NCBI RefSeq assembly: GCF_036321535.1
Contig: NC_087437.1
Location: 16,184,001-16,248,000, forward strand
Reading direction: 5' to 3'
Origin: Camelus dromedarius
Taxonomy: Eukaryota
Length of the DNA: 64,000 nt
Below are positions 24,501-38,699 of the stretch, one piece after another. Position 1 is the stretch's first letter. The number at the start of each line of letters is the position of its first letter. The translations under genes and the position numbers were made by a program. The notes under the pieces were generated by a model, which was not told the origin of the DNA, searched no databases, and saw nothing but the letters and a program-made list of their open reading frames with translations.

Positions 24501-26847
24501 CATTGGCTTGGCCAGTGAGCATGGAGACAAAGCTGGTCTCCTTTAGCAAAGCCAAGGGTGGCGGGGATGATGTCCCCACGTGCAGTGACGGCTCAGAGGA
24601 AACCTTCCCCGAGGCACATCAGGTGGCCACAAGCATCCAGATGTGGTGACGGGGGAACCCTGGGGTCCCCACTATATATCCCAAGCCGCTCTGGGTCTTA
24701 CCGGGCCTTCTTCTGCCAGAGCAGGTGTGGTGAGATCCCGCTTTGTGGCTGGATGGTTCTGCCTGTGAGTGCTCCTTGTGCCAGACTCTTCAAATCTGCC
24801 TGCAGTCGCACGGCTTGCTAACTCGTTTCCTGGCTCTTGGTCTGTCCATGAACTTGCAGCCTGCAGACTGCCAAGGCAGCAGACTTCAGTGACAGATTTG
24901 TGCTCACCACGTGGCCAGGAAGGATCCGGGCATGTCCTTCAGTGGGATGTAGACATTTCATCGTCCCGCTGGCAGAAGTCAGTGGCACCTAAGTTCCCTC
25001 CTCTCCTGAAGTGGTGGGCCTGGCTCTGCACCCACTGAGCAAGAACAGCTGTGTATCTGCGGGAAAGGAAGTGCACCAGATTCCCTGTCCCAGTTCTGCT
25101 TGGAAGCGGAGTATCATCAGGGTCCTCAGGCGACTTCTGAAGGACAAAGGAAAGAGGGGGATGCATGCAGGGAATAAGCAGGGCAGCCCAAGCTCTAATT
25201 AGAGCGGGACCCATGAAGCCAGCGGGGGAAGAGGTGTTCTAGAGTCGCAGAGTCTGACCTGGAGGAGGGGTTGTCCACAGGAGGGACCCTCTGCCGGTGA
25301 CATCCTACAGCAGGACCACTTTTGTCTTGAGAGACAGTTCTCTGCCCAATGCAGACCCACCCTTCCCTTCTTCTCAACACAGAACAAAACCTACCAGGCA
25401 GAGCCTTTTCCTCTCCTGTCAGTCATATTTGCTAAGTACTGGATACAAGGCTAGTGAGATGTGCTGCAGAATTAGACTAATTCAGTTCAAGACTAATATC
25501 CTTCTGTGCACTGCCTAAGAGGGTGGAATGAGAAGGCAGTGTCAAGAATGCAAAAGAGCGCACTGCTTGTGGTTGACGGACGCTGCTGTGATTGACAGAG
25601 AAACAGGAAAGCATGACGCAACACCCCACACCATCGGCCCTGCCCCGGGTTGGTGTGGGCACGGTGGCCTGTCTTCCATGTGTTTATCTTCCGTTGGTGA
25701 CGCTGAGAGCAGGTATTTGATATTTATCTGTTTGTCGTGTATCCCCAGGGTGTAGTTCCAGCCCCATACGAAGAGCTGGTGCTCAGTAAAATCTTGAATG
25801 ACTATGTCTCTGGATGAAAGACAAGGGCAAGGAAGAGCCGGGCAGGAGGGAGAAGAAAAGCAGTGTGGACTCCTCAGCGCAGAGACTGGCACGTGGTGTG
25901 TGCCCACCCCTCGTAACAGGAGACCATCTCATTGGGTGAGCCTTCTTTTTCATTTCCATCTGAGAAATGATGGTCCTTTTCCTCAAGGCCAAAGACAGGA
26001 ACAGTAAATATATCAGCAGAAGGTATTTCTTGAATGCACTGTGTCTTCTCCCCTGTGCTCAATAGGGTCAAATTATACAAAGCTTTCAGTTCAAAGCTAC
26101 TCACCTGGACATAACCGATATCCTTGGAACAGGGGAGGCTCCTGATGAATGCGTGTTTAATGAATGGATATGAAGCACCAATAACAATGAGACATAACAT
26201 GGGAGACTTCTATTTGGTTTATTTCACAAGCTGGAGGAGAAAGATGTGAGGAGACAAGAAAAAAAGAAAGGAGAGGCAAGTGATCCCTAACTCAGCCTGA
26301 AGGAGTTTGGAGCTGAGCTTGTGTGTCTGAGGGGCTGGCTGGGCGGAAGTCTAGCTTGAATCTTGGTGGTGGACGCACACGGCTGGGGGGTGGGTGGGAT
26401 GGGGGCTCGCCAGGTCTCCGCTGCACGTCCTCACTCACTGTCAGGTTCTCCGTCCTCCCTGGCCTTGCTCGGATCTCCCCCTCTTTGATTATCTTACAAA
26501 CATGCTTATTAGACAATTAAATGCTTAATTTGGATAAAAGACGAGAGAGTGTGAAAATGATAGTTCACATGCACATCTAATTAGGGTTGAGTGGGACAAG
26601 TGGCATAAGGTCCAACCTGGATGCATAAAGAGAGTGAAACTGGAGCTGCAAAGCCAAACTCTTTGTTGAAATAGGGAGGGAGATGGGTGTCAGCCTGATC
26701 CTCCCACTGTCTGTCAGCAACTTTAATTTATTGTCTCTCTACCCCTCTCAACATAGACATTCACTTTATACTATTGTTTTCTTTAACAGGAAGTTCACAA
26801 AGCCCTTTAAGTCACACAACTTATGGTAGAATTCAAGGCATCTCCAA

Positions 26848-27280
26848 GGACCTGGAGATCGTCATTCAAAGTGAAGTCAGCCAGGAAGAGAAAGAAAAAT
26901 GCCATATGATATCACTTAGCTGCGGAAACTAAAAAAAAAAAAAAGGAAAAGAAAAAGGTGCAAATGAACTTATTTACAAAACAGAAACAGACTCACAGAC
27001 ATAGAAAACAAACTTGTTTGGTTACAAAGAGGGAAATGAGGTTGGGAAGGGGTGAAATTGGAGTTTGCGATTTGCAGATACTAACTACTATATAAAATAG
27101 ATAAATAACAAGTTTCTACTGTAGAGCACAGGGAACTGTATTCAATACCTTGTAGTAGCCTATAATGAAAAAGAAGATGAAAGCAAATATATGTATGTGT
27201 ATGTATGACTGAGACATTGTGCTGTACACCAGAAATTGACACAACATTTTCAACTGGCTATACTTCAATTTTAAAAAAAT
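26848..27280 (+). mobile_element. Young (camelid-type) L1 3' end with TSD
   Basis: ggacctggagatcgtcattcaaagtgaagtcagcc...ctatacttcaattttaaaaaaa. Flanking direct repeat catctccaa at 26839-26847 and 27283-27291. Confidence 0.92.
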
Positions 27281-27323
27281 GACATCTCCAATGGATAGAG
27301 AGCATAAAAGGAAGGTCTTGTAC

Positions 27324-27327
<4 letters not shown>

Positions 27328-27363
<36 letters not shown>
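27328..27363. repeat. (TG)n microsatellite
   Basis: Directly visible. Confidence 0.97.
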
Positions 27364-27364
<1 letters not shown>

Positions 27365-27619
27365 ACATGCGCACACATATGTGTGTGTATGTGTGTGGTT
27401 TGGTCTCTGGCACCTTCCAGAGCTGGAGCCTAGTGGGTGAAGGGAAGGGCCAAACAGTGGGCTGGCCAGGACCAAGAGGTGGGACCCATCCTCAGGCCCT
27501 AGGAAAGGTGCAGGTCTAAGAATCAGGCAACAGAAGATTGACCAAGCAGAACAGTAAAAGGAAACTGCCTCCTTCTTGAATAAAACAAACCCCAATCACC
27601 CAAGTTTGGAAACATTAAA

Positions 27620-27865
27620 TTTAATAGATACCATTTATTGAGAATTTACTATGTTCCAGGCTCTATGCTGTTTTGCATATATTATCTCAATTGATTCCTG
27701 TAATCCTCTGATAAAAGTATTAGAGATTTTACTTTACATGTCAGGAAACTAAGGGGTAGAGAGATTAGGTAAGCTGTCCAGATCATAAACCTAGTAAGTG
27801 ATGGAAGTGAGTAATCTACATCCATCTGCAGTCAAAATCCATCCTCATAGCCACTCCACCACTAC
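27620..27865 (-). mobile_element. MIR SINE
   Basis: ccatttattgagaatttactatgttccagg...tttacatgtcaggaaactaagggg...ctagtaagtgatggaag. Confidence 0.8.
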
Positions 27866-30184
27866 CAGTCTCCCGGGGACGGTGGGTCTCCTGAGGGAGG
27901 GCTAGCGGAACCATCCCGCTTAGAGCCTCTCCCCCAGATTTCTGCCTCTCTTTGGGATCTTGCTAATAGTTGATGCCACCTCCCCCTGGTTTCAGGTGAT
28001 CTGATTTCCAACTTCATATTCCATCCCAAACAGATAAACGTTGAACTCTACCTCATGTGGCTAAAACCAGGCCATAAGGTTGGAATGAGGGTCGATACTT
28101 GATACTCAGGGTACCATCACACACGTCTTTGCAGTCAGGATGGTCTTGTTTGTTTTTAATACAGTAGATGTTCTATAAATGTTTTTTAAATGACATTAGG
28201 TAATCAACTACAAAATAGAGTCAATTTTCGAGTGCCCAATGCTCCAGTCCTTCCTACTGGCTGGTCTGCGCCCTTCTGATGGATACCATCAAAACACCCC
28301 TTACAGCACAGAAGCACATGCTTAGCTCTCTAGGCATAAAATATAGTTCCTCTTGGTACTTTCAGAGAGGCAAGTGGTGTCCCCTCCCCAGCTGACCTAT
28401 GTTAGCTGGCATCTGAGTAATTGTCTAGAAGGATGACCCTATTCTTCAAGCTCAACCCATAGACACAGAGCATAGCACAGCCCAGTAAATCGTAGGGTCA
28501 ATGCAGGCAGCATCGGATGGGAGGAGGTCTTGCCAATACCTTCTGGCAACAGTGGGAAGAGGCCAAGAGGTAGCACTGAACTAACTCAGTAGGAGCTGGG
28601 AGCCTAGACCATGAGGGCCAGGACATGAGCATATGTCCAGTGGATACAGCATTCTAAGATATAGTCTGGGCAGATATTTAACTGAGGATGGGGCACAGGT
28701 GTTCAAGTCTGGAGCAAGGGACCCTGGCAGGTGTGCATGGCATTCATAAGTATCAGTGGCTAGGTCCAGAGATCAGATGGAACCTGCAGGTGGGGGTCAG
28801 AGAAAGGGAAGGGCTGAGAACAAGACAATATCTGAGAGATGCCAGGGTCCCAGACACAGACTCGGGGCAAGACAAATCTCTGGAAGACTTGAGGTCAACC
28901 AGGATGTGCCATAGGAAAGTAGGAGCTAGAGCCCTGAGATAGGGCTTCATCATAGAGGATGAGGCTGGTGATGATGGGACCAAAAGAAGATAAAGACAAA
29001 GACTGATCCTAGAAAAATGATGAATGCTTTGGTTCTGTAATCCAGGACACTTGAGATGGTACCGCAACCAGACTAACAGACTCTCGAGTCAACAAGTCGC
29101 AGACCCCAGGCTCTTTACAGAGCACCTGCCTGGAGCTGGCCATGGTCCCTGAGACTGGAAGGGCAGTGCCTACCTGCAAGGGTTAAATAGTCCAGTTACA
29201 GGGGAGGGCTGCAGGAGCTAGGATCTGAGCCAGCAACCCATCTCATCACTCTCCCTCTGTCCAGTGCGAGATCAACTCAAGATCGGCCATCTGTGGAAAT
29301 CCACTAGACATCTAACATAGACATGCCAAGTAAATCAATCTCCAATTGATCTGGACCAGCCGTTTCTGCTTCTTGCCCTGAACGGTTGCCACTCAGGAGC
29401 TGACTGACAGTGCACTCCACAATGCCATGACCTTCCTGCAGTCTGACCCTGGCTTTGCGTTCCAGGCTCTTCTCCCTGGGACTGGAGTGGCTTCAGGGAG
29501 TGTGCATGGCCTAACAGTGGTCTGAGTCTTACTGCAGGGAACTTCAGGCCAGAAACCACGCCCCATGCCATGTCCTGCCAGTGTCCTTAGCAGGCTGAGG
29601 GGACAATTACTTAACTAGCAAGAGCAAGCCACCCAGCAAGCCACTCATCAGGGCTCAAGCCACCAATCTAGAAATTTCCGCTCCTTCCTCAAAAATGTCT
29701 AATGGCTCCCCATCCTCTGGGCAGGAGACTGGAGGCCTGAGTCCCCGGCACTGGTCTTGAGGACGCCCTCCTCCAGCTTGCCTGGCTCTGGGCTAATCCC
29801 AATTTAGCCATCCAAGAGACAGAGAAGCCCCCTTTCCTCCCATGAGTTGGGACCCCTGGCCTGGAAACGGGACCTTATTTCCATCAGTCCCTTCCCCATG
29901 AGTGGAGCTCCACTGTGACAACTGAAGGAGACCGTGGTTCTGGGACATGAGGCACATTCACAGTCATATAATTGTAGTAACGGCCTGGCCTTGGGGAGGG
30001 GCCCCCAGGGAGGGGTAAACTGATGAATGAATGAAGAGATGAAGAAACACACAAATGGGAGCCATCCTTATCCATGAAAGGTTTTGCTCAGACGATGTGT
30101 CCAGAGGAGATTGTATTGAATTTTTGCTGCCAGCATCTAGACCTTGAGAGGGGAGAGGTGTGCCCTGATGAAAGAAAGGCAGGT

Positions 30185-30624
30185 AGAGAAGATGGCAGAG
30201 TAGGAAGACCCTGAACTCACCAACCCACAGTCACACTGACATTACAAATATTTACAGAGCAACTGTCTATGAGAGTGAACTGAAGACTTGCAGAAAAGAT
30301 TCTCCACACTTTATAAAGATATAAAGAAGGACCCACAATAAGATGGGGAGGAGGGATGGAGACTCATTATAGTCAAGACCCACACCCCCATGTAGGTGAC
30401 TCACAAATGGGAGGATTATCATAATTGCAGAGGCTCTTTCCAAGGAGTGAGGGGTCCAAGCACCACAGCGGGCTCCCTAGCACCGGGAGTTTTGCGCCAG
30501 TATGATGTGCCCCCAAAATACCCTTGTTTGAAGACCAGTGTGTCGTGTGCATGGGAGACAGAGAGGGCTGTGGGAAACAGGGACTTTTCCCTTAAAGGGC
30601 TTGTGCAAGATCTCATGCTCTCAA
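30185..30624 (+). mobile_element. L1 5' UTR fragment without ORF1/ORF2
   Basis: aagatggcagagtaggaagaccctgaactcacc...agagggctgtgggaaacagggac, colinear with 13522-14102. Confidence 0.75.
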
Positions 30625-30929
30625 ACCACCCAGCCAGTCCCACAGCCACTGTTGGGAACTCTGTGGATCCTTACCCCAGCTCGTCTACCCTCCCAGACCG
30701 CACTGGCCTACGGGAGGACTTCCCTTCCCCCGTGGTGTTTCAGGCCATCTCTGGCTGAGATGAAAGTCCCCGGCATTCATTTCTGGGTGGTCCTGACAGG
30801 TGCTGTTGGAACCACCTGGGGGTCAAGCTCTCATTTTCCCCACCGTTATTTAAAGGCCACAGGGAATGTTCCCATGGTGTCACAGGGGTTGTGTGCTAGT
30901 CAAGTGGATAGGGTGGTCGTGAGAATGAG

Positions 30930-31305
30930 TTTTGTTTCCCAGATATTTTCAGTGACCCACTTTTAAGTCCACGGAGGACTGCGTTTCCCGGCCTCCTGTT
31001 GGTTGTTGGGACTGCGTGGCTGCTTCTGCCCCGCGAGAAGTCTAAGTGCCCCTCCTTTGAGGCTCAGTGTGAGACCCTCCCAATCGCCCTCCCCCTGATG
31101 GGACTGGCATCACTTAAGACAGTGGCCGCTGCATCAGCTTGGGCCCATACGTAGCGGTGAGAACCAAAGCCCTCCCCGGCCCCCTGCCCTGAGTAAGCCT
31201 CAGTGGAACCTGGCCTTGAGCGAGAGAGATTTAAATCTTGGTTATTTGAAGTAACGGAGGTTGTGGGAGCTGTTTGTTACCGCAGCGTCACCTGACCTGA
31301 CGTGC
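30930..31305 (+). mobile_element. MLT1I/J-like MaLR LTR
   Basis: actgcgtttcccggcctcc...gctgcatcagcttgggccc...ggagctgtttgttaccgcagcgtcacctgacctgac, an MLT1-type 3' end. Confidence 0.65.
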
Positions 31306-32289
31306 CAGTCTCTGGGGGCAGGTGACTGACTGATCACGGCTGGTTATCCCTGCCTGTAAGACCTCTCACGCCCACCACACTTACAGAACGGTCTGTTCTG
31401 AGAACCAAAACCCACTGCTTCTAGCTGTGCCCTGGGCCATTCCACTCTGAGATTCTTCCACCCCTGAGGCTACCAAGGGCCCATTTTGAGTAAGCCCCAT
31501 CCAGAATATTCTTGGCCCAGAGGGGACTATCAGAAGACCATTTAAAAAGGATTCTGGCATTTCCCCTACCATCTCCTCCTCAAGGCAAGAGAGTTAGAAG
31601 AGTCTTTGGGGCGCTGTCAAGGAATATATCATTTTGAACTTCCTTCTCTGCATTACCGCAGAACTTTCTGGCCTTTCCGTTCCACCCAGCACGAGCCAGT
31701 CTTCAGGAAAGCATCCATTTGTTGGAATCTAGCTGGCTGTCCGAGCGGGCACCCAGCAGGCCCAGCGTCCGATGGGCTCACCTGTGACAATAGATTCTGC
31801 CTCATTTAAAAATTATGTTTCACCCTCATTAGTTAACTCTCAAAATATATGCCCCCCAAGTTACCCCAGATGATGGAGCCACAACTACTTCCAGGCCCAA
31901 CCTTCCCGTTTATACCCTGCTTATTCATTTCACCCTCCCAGCCACACTGAATCTAACTCTTGCTGATTCTGAGAGAAACAGAGAGGTAGGAACAGAGGGT
32001 TAGCCACTTCGACAGGCAAGAGAGGGGCAGAGTGAGTGTGTATTTACGAGGGGTTTCAAGAGGCAGGGTCCACAAGCCCTGATGTGCCCAGGGGTCCCCA
32101 CCCCAGTGTCATGAGCCCCCTCCTCCATGCCCCAGGTTCATGAGGTTGTGAATTAAGCAGTGTTGTCATTCACAAACTGAAAGACTCAATCCTTGGAATT
32201 TTTAAAGGTGTATCAGCCCAACAGCCATGATTGAGAAATTACTATAAGGAGAGATTTTTGCTTAAGCTTAGGTTAGGACACTTGCTTAT

Positions 32290-32900
32290 GCTACCAGACA
32301 CTCTGCCAAGGACCCGTCATCCCCACATGTGCCCTAGGGCTGCTGGTCCCCGGCACTGCACCCTCACTGGGCTCGTGGTGTCTCAGGTGAGCACAATAGG
32401 TAACTGAGTAGCGCTCCTTCTCCATATACTTAACAGCTTCTATTTGGGCCCATGACCAATTCCACATCCCCCAAGGGCCTGCTGCCAACAACTAATTTCT
32501 GGAACCAATTTCTACATCAGCCGAGATTTTGCTGCAACAACAGAAACCAATTCTGACTGACTTAAGCAGGAGGAAAAAAAAAAAGAAAACTATGAGGAAT
32601 GAAGGGAGTCTGTGTGTATGATTAATTGGAAGGCTCCGAGGTAGTTTGCAGAACTGAGGATGAAAAGCTGGCCTCGGAACCTGGGATCTCAGGGACAGGG
32701 CTGCTCTATGCATCTTAGCAACAGCAGGAACTAAGAGTCCTTCTCAGATGACACATGTGACCCTTTATCTTCCTTTGTCCCACGATTATGTTTCCCAGGA
32801 TAGGATATGGTATTGGTCCAGCTTGATCACTTGTCCAGTCCTGGGAAGAGTCAGAATCCATTACCAGCAGAAGGGGAAGCAATGGGTATCCATGTAATGA
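32290..32900 (-). mobile_element. MLT1-type LTR with adjoining internal sequence
   Basis: ttctggaaccaatttct (internal/LTR junction near 32510) followed by gcaacaacagaaaccaattctgactgacttaagcagg...ggtattggtccagcttgatcacttgtcc. Confidence 0.65.
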
Positions 32901-34939
32901 TGCTTTGACCACTTCACCCAGCCCAGGACCATGCAGCCCTGTCTCCTGAGCTCTCTTCCCACCGAGCGAATGATATGGATGGATGCGAGGCAAGGCTGCC
33001 TGTTGGTGAGCAGGTCGATTGTCTAGAGGAAAGGCTGGCCTCTCTGAGACCCTAGACACGGGGACCTGTTGGTCACTTATCCTGGCCCTGCCCAGAAGGA
33101 ACTCCTCTGAGCCTGTCTTCACCAGCTTCCTGGATTCTCTTTCCTTTGATGCAGAACTGGTTTCTTGAGCATCACAAGAGCCTGGAGAAGGAACACAGAC
33201 CAGGTGGGGTTTGCCCCCTAGATGCAGGGGCACTGGTTCTTTTTCTCTTTTTCATCCCTGCTAGGAGATTGCAGTCAGGAAAGTTAGCACCCTCTATTTT
33301 CACTGGAACTGACACGCCCCTGGAGGAACCCCTTGGCAAGAGGGCAGCTTTCATTCAAGGAACGCTTTCAATACATCACCAGTAGCAACCTCTCTGGGGA
33401 GGACTGACCCTCACTTGAGTTCACTTACAGTCTCAAATTCCCCCCCTGCAAGCACGCAAGCTCACTTCTCTGACAGTGTGCATCCCCCCCTGGACATAGC
33501 ACTGGGAGGGCTGGGCTCTAGGAAGCACTGTATTTTGGAAAGCAAACGCCCATACGACTCCGCATCCCAGCCTGAGAGAGTGCTGCCAACTGTCCATGGC
33601 AACAGGCCTTTGAGTTTCATGAGCTCTGTTAGTGTGACCAGAAGCCACACCCCATCATGCCCGAAGGCCCAGCTTACTGCAGGGCAGGGCCCGATCCTCA
33701 CGCCAACCCAGCCTCTTACAAGGGCTGCCATTACCTTTACCTTTCAGTGATACTGACAGGAAACAGGTCACGTCGTCTTCTGGGGATTCGTGGCGAGGCG
33801 TTTACTTCCTGACGTGAATGCCTCTTAGCCACTTATCTGCTAAGGTGCCACAACACTTCCCCTGCCTTCCTGCCTGGTCCCTGCCTACGCTCAACCTCAT
33901 GCTCCCCTTCACACTTGGCTCCCATGCCATCCACTATTTATCTTTCAGACTCATTGTCTTTACATCCCTTCTAACCACATCTTCAGCCCTTCTCCCCAGG
34001 AGAATTGGCTACTTCCCTGGACCCCAGTCTCTCTTCTGTTTCTGTTAGAGCACCTTAGCATTTTTGTGCAATTATTTACTTAACCTCCTGTCTGCTCCAG
34101 CATACTTTGAGCTCCTCCGTGGCAGGCACCATGCATCTCTATACCTGAGAGCCCAGCGTAGTGCTTGGCATGAAAGCATTCAAAGCAGGTGTTGGATGCA
34201 CGGGTACCTGGGTGCAGCAGCCTGTGCCCTGTGCGCCCAGGACAGCGCTGTGATCCAGGCACCTGCACCAGTGCAGCCTCCCTTCTTCAGCTGGATTCAC
34301 ATTCAGCTTTATAGAGCCTCCTCTTTTTCACACCCCTGGTGCCACTTTGTAGATCTTCAAACCGTTTCAAAGCTTTAACTTCCCACCAGCAGTCTTCTCA
34401 CACTGTCTTTGGTGGCAGAGAACAGCAGGTTGGGGGAAGAGTTATGAAATGCCTCTTTCCATTTTTAGTAAATTCCAAATTTGCTAAAGTCAGGTATCAG
34501 AACCAGCTGGGAAGCAATATCAGATGACAGACAGACAAGCGGACTGGCCTTGGTCTCCAAACTTGCTCCGCAACTCCCCACCCCGATCACAGGTTTTTCC
34601 ATCTCTAAAAGGGGCAAACCTTCCGCAGAGGCTTGCTATGAAGTGTAATGGGGTAACATTGGTTAAGGACTGAGCAGTGTGTGACTCAAGCTAGGCATGT
34701 GATTTCCCCACATATAAGCAGTAAAGCAACTGGTTAAGGGAGAATTTCCAGGAAGCATCTAAAAATATATAAAAATCTAGGAAAATCAGCAACATGGAAT
34801 CTTAAAAGGATCTTGTAAGAAGATGCTCTGAACTCATTATACTGTATTAGAAGCTCTTCTCTGTCTGACAAAAGCCAGAGACCCCACTGTTTTCAGAGAA
34901 GGCCCAGCCCAGGCGCCACGGGCAGCAGTGGCTGTCAAT

Positions 34940-36095
34940 TCTGGGAAAGAAGCAGCTTGTGTCTACTAAAACTGAACATATGCGTACTCCATGACACAGC
35001 AGTTTCATCCAACAGAAACACATCCATAAATTCATCAAATTCATGCACATTATTCATAGCAACACTATGCATGATTGCCTCAAACTTGAAACTACCTACA
35101 TGGCCATTAACAGAAGGATGGATAGTAACAGTGGTGTATGCGTTCACTGGAATAGTGCACACCAATGAGAATGAATGAACTACTACCATATGTGTCGATG
35201 CGGATGAATCCCACCTCCTAATACTGTATGAAAGAAGCCAGGCACAAAGGACTACATGCTCTATGATTCTATTTACATTAATTTCAAAAGCAGGTGAATC
35301 ACATAATCACATATATGCTGTTAAAAGTCAACAGAGTGTCTATCAACAGATGAATGGATAAAGGAAATGTGGAGTCTATATACACAATGAAATACTATTC
35401 AGCCATACAAAAGAAGGAAGTTCTGCCACTTGTGACAACACTGATAGACCCTGAGGGCATTAGGCTAAGTGAAATAAGTCAGACAGAGAAAGATGAATAC
35501 TGTGTGATCTCACTTACATACAGAATCTATGGAATCTTTAAAGAAAACTCATAGAAACAGAGATCATATTTGTGGTTGCCGGAGGCAGGAAGTAGATGGT
35601 GGGAGAATGGGGTGAAGCTAGTCAAAAACTTCCAGTTACAAGATAAATAAGTTCTGGGGATGTAATGTACATCACAGTGATTCTAGTTAACAATACTGTA
35701 TTGTCTATTTGAAAGTTACCAAGAGAGTAGATTCTAAGTTCTCATCATAAGGAAAACAGCGTAACTATGTGAAATGGAGGATGTTAACTAAACTCACCGT
35801 GGCAATCATTTTGTAATGCATACATATAACAAATCATTATCTTGCACACCTTAAACTTACACGGTGTTGCATGTCGATTATATCTCAGTAAGTATCAAAA
35901 AGACATCAAGAGAGTCGTCATCCTTGGAAGAGGAAGTATTGACAGGAAGGGGTGCTCGTCATGTTTTGCTTCTTGATCTGGGTGCTGGTTACATGCATGT
36001 GTCTAGATGATAAAAACTCACCAAACTGGACATTTATAATTTGTAATTTTTTTTCTATATGTATGTTATATGTTATACTCCAATTTAAAAAATTC
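34940..36095 (+). mobile_element. L1ME-type 3' end with an inserted L1MA9-like 3' end (about 35335-35900)
   Basis: aaacttgaaactacctacatggccattaacagaaggatggata. Insert: atcaacagatgaatggataaagg...aggctaagtgaaataagtcagacagagaaag...cttaaacttacacggtgttgcatgtcgattatatctcagtaa. Confidence 0.85.
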
Positions 36096-37029
36096 ACTTA
36101 AATGTTGCCACTCATGCACTCAAAACAAAAAGGTGACCTATGGGAAGGCCTCTGAAGGAGTGGTCCTGTAGGATGTTTGGGTCAATGTAGTTCCTACATC
36201 TGTGGCAATGTGATACCTGCTCCAGACCAAATGGAATACAGAATTCTCCCAGTGGTGGCACAACATCTAATTAGCTGTCTGGGGCCCAAAGAAGAAAACT
36301 TGAGATGAATTCTGATTCTAGGATTCCCTTAAACCTGCACTGAGTTGTGGATTGTGATTCTTGCAAAATGCTTTACTCCACATAATTGGGCAGGCTTGGC
36401 CTCAAGTCTATTAATGAATCTAAAGAGGGTAAGCTTCGGCTCTCCCCATACTTTGGATACATCAGCCCGTTGAACGTATCTTCAGTGTTGATGCCAGCTC
36501 TGTCTTAGATAAACCAGAGGCCCGGGTGCTTCCATTGGAAATACTCTGTGAGGTCCATTTCCTCTAACTGGAAACACAAATAAAGGTACCCTAAGACCTG
36601 GAAGCAGGTATTGATCTTGTCATTAACTGTTTACACCACACACAGAAATCAAACTTAAACCAAGTTCTACATACTCATGATTGACCAAAGCCTGTTTAAC
36701 TCTCTTTCAAAGACTTTAATGCAAGAATCAGACTGCAAGGAATGCCCCTACTCCTCACAAAATTACTGATACCATAAAAAATATCTATGCTCTACACCCA
36801 TTCTGATAGTTTTTAGATGATTTGAATTTATTTTTGTCTGCTGAAGCAGAAAAAGATGTCCAGCATCTTTTGTCGAAAGATAGTGTAGCACTCTCAGGAG
36901 GGGTCTTGTGAGGCAGCCCCTGTCACCAAGAACAGCTGAGGAGCAGTTATGCCTGCGGCAGACCCTGCTGGTCGGCGTACCCAGCTCCCACTCCCCTCCC
37001 CCTCTCCCTGGCCACTTGTCCCTTACCAG

Positions 37030-37330
37030 AATATGAAGAGTTAAATACTTTGCCATCATCGGCCACAGCTAGAGGTAGTCACCCTGCGCAGTTCCAGCCA
37101 AGGAGACTTAAGCTAGAGTTTTCTGGAAGGTTGTTTTGTTGATTAATGGGAAAGCCAGCTGGCATTTCCTTTATCATCTCTTCCTGCATCGACTATGAAT
37201 GATGTCTGGAAATGCAGCAGCCATCTTGCTATGTATGCTGCTAAGGATGCTGAAAAGGAAAGACAGAAAGACCGCGGAACGCCTGTTTCCAAACAAGAAG
37301 GGATACTGAGGAGACAAAACCCAGAATGCT
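37030..37330 (+). mobile_element. MLT1J-like LTR fragment
   Basis: cagctagaggtagtcac...gttccagccaaggagacttaag...gatgtctggaaatgcagcagccatcttg. Confidence 0.6.
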
Positions 37331-37439
37331 TGGTAGAACCATAATGTAAACTATCTAGACAGGAAATTGGTAGCAGTCTGCTTCCTGTGAGTGCCAGTGT
37401 ATCATGCAGAACTACCTGCAGTCTAGGCCCTAGGTTCAG

Positions 37440-38520
37440 GGGAGGGAGAAGGGGCCTGTCATTCACAGGGAATTTCCCATGATGCCACAGATGTCTCTGG
37501 AGGCAGAGAGGCAGTGCAGGTGTGTACTGTAGGAGTTTGGGTCACCTGTGAACTTGATCTGCTTGGGTCTGCAGGACTTGCTTGAGCTTGATCATTTGTA
37601 TCATTTGTATTTTCACTTGATGATAAACTGCATCTATGCATGCCTAACCTAGTGACTTGAAGGGTCCACTAATACTCAACTTAGGAGGAGCAGCTCAGAT
37701 CACTTGAGTCCCACGTCGCACCTTCAGACACCACCAGGGCCAACGAGCAAGCAAGGAACTATTTCTCAAAGAAGTACTTATCTGTAGAAGAGAGGTGCAT
37801 TTTTCTCCAAAATCCCGAGGCTTACCACAGTGATCCTTGCCAGAAGACATGCAGAGATTCTGAAACTTTGTGTGACATTGGATCTCCTAGGTCATAGGAC
37901 CACACATCAGAGTAGCTTGCCATGAAGACTGGGCTTCCTGCAGAGACTTCTCTTTCTCTAGGACCCACTTAAATCTTTCCGTTTTATACCAATTAAGTAA
38001 CATTCTAATAGGATGTCATATATTCATTCTTGGGACAATGTGATCAACTTGCCACTGCCAAACATTTCTGCAGGTTCCAACTGTTCAAATGACGATGACC
38101 ACTTCATCCTTGCTGCTCGTTATGGTCATTCTGTCCACCTCGTCTCTGGTGGTTCATGGTTATCGCTTGGTTTCTGCTACTTCAAAACTCTGTCAATCTC
38201 ACTGAAATCAGGAAACCACCTCAGAAGTTGCCTACAGATGACCCCGCCCACAGATGACCACAACAGGGCTGTTCAAGATTTTGGGTGTTCTTACCCTAAT
38301 GATCTTCCCAATGCCTTAATTAAGGAAGTACAACCTGGACCCTTTTTGGGGGGTTTAGTGGGACTGAGTAAGTGCAGAGTCTGCACAACATAAATCTCCC
38401 TCAACAGTCTTATTTTCTTATACATTTTGACTTGATGGAGCTTGAGCATCTCAGCATCACGAAGCCTGGCTAACCAAGAACCATACAGATAAACTCAGCC
38501 TCATCCACTATTATAGACAA
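37440..38520 (-). mobile_element. ERVL/MaLR internal remnant (gag and pol fragments)
   Basis: Minus strand gives DEAEFICM (cf. ERVL gag LDQAEFIDMG), FKWVLEKEKSLQEAQ (cf. FEWGPEQEKALQQVQ), KPRDFG/PLGFW-like sequence and DQAQASPADPSRSS..VTQTP (cf. DRARAGPEGTSKLHEEVAQMP). Confidence 0.75.
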
Positions 38521-38699
38521 CCCTTCATGCCCTGTCACCTTATAAATCACCCCCAGACATCGTTCCAGGTCTCTGCTTCTGTAAATTAGCAAAATATTGC
38601 AGTTATTTGGGCATATCAGCCATTTCCCTCTGGGACAGACTTTGCACCTGTCCTCTGGAACATGCAACGTGTCCAGAAACAAGGAAGGCGAAGAACTAG

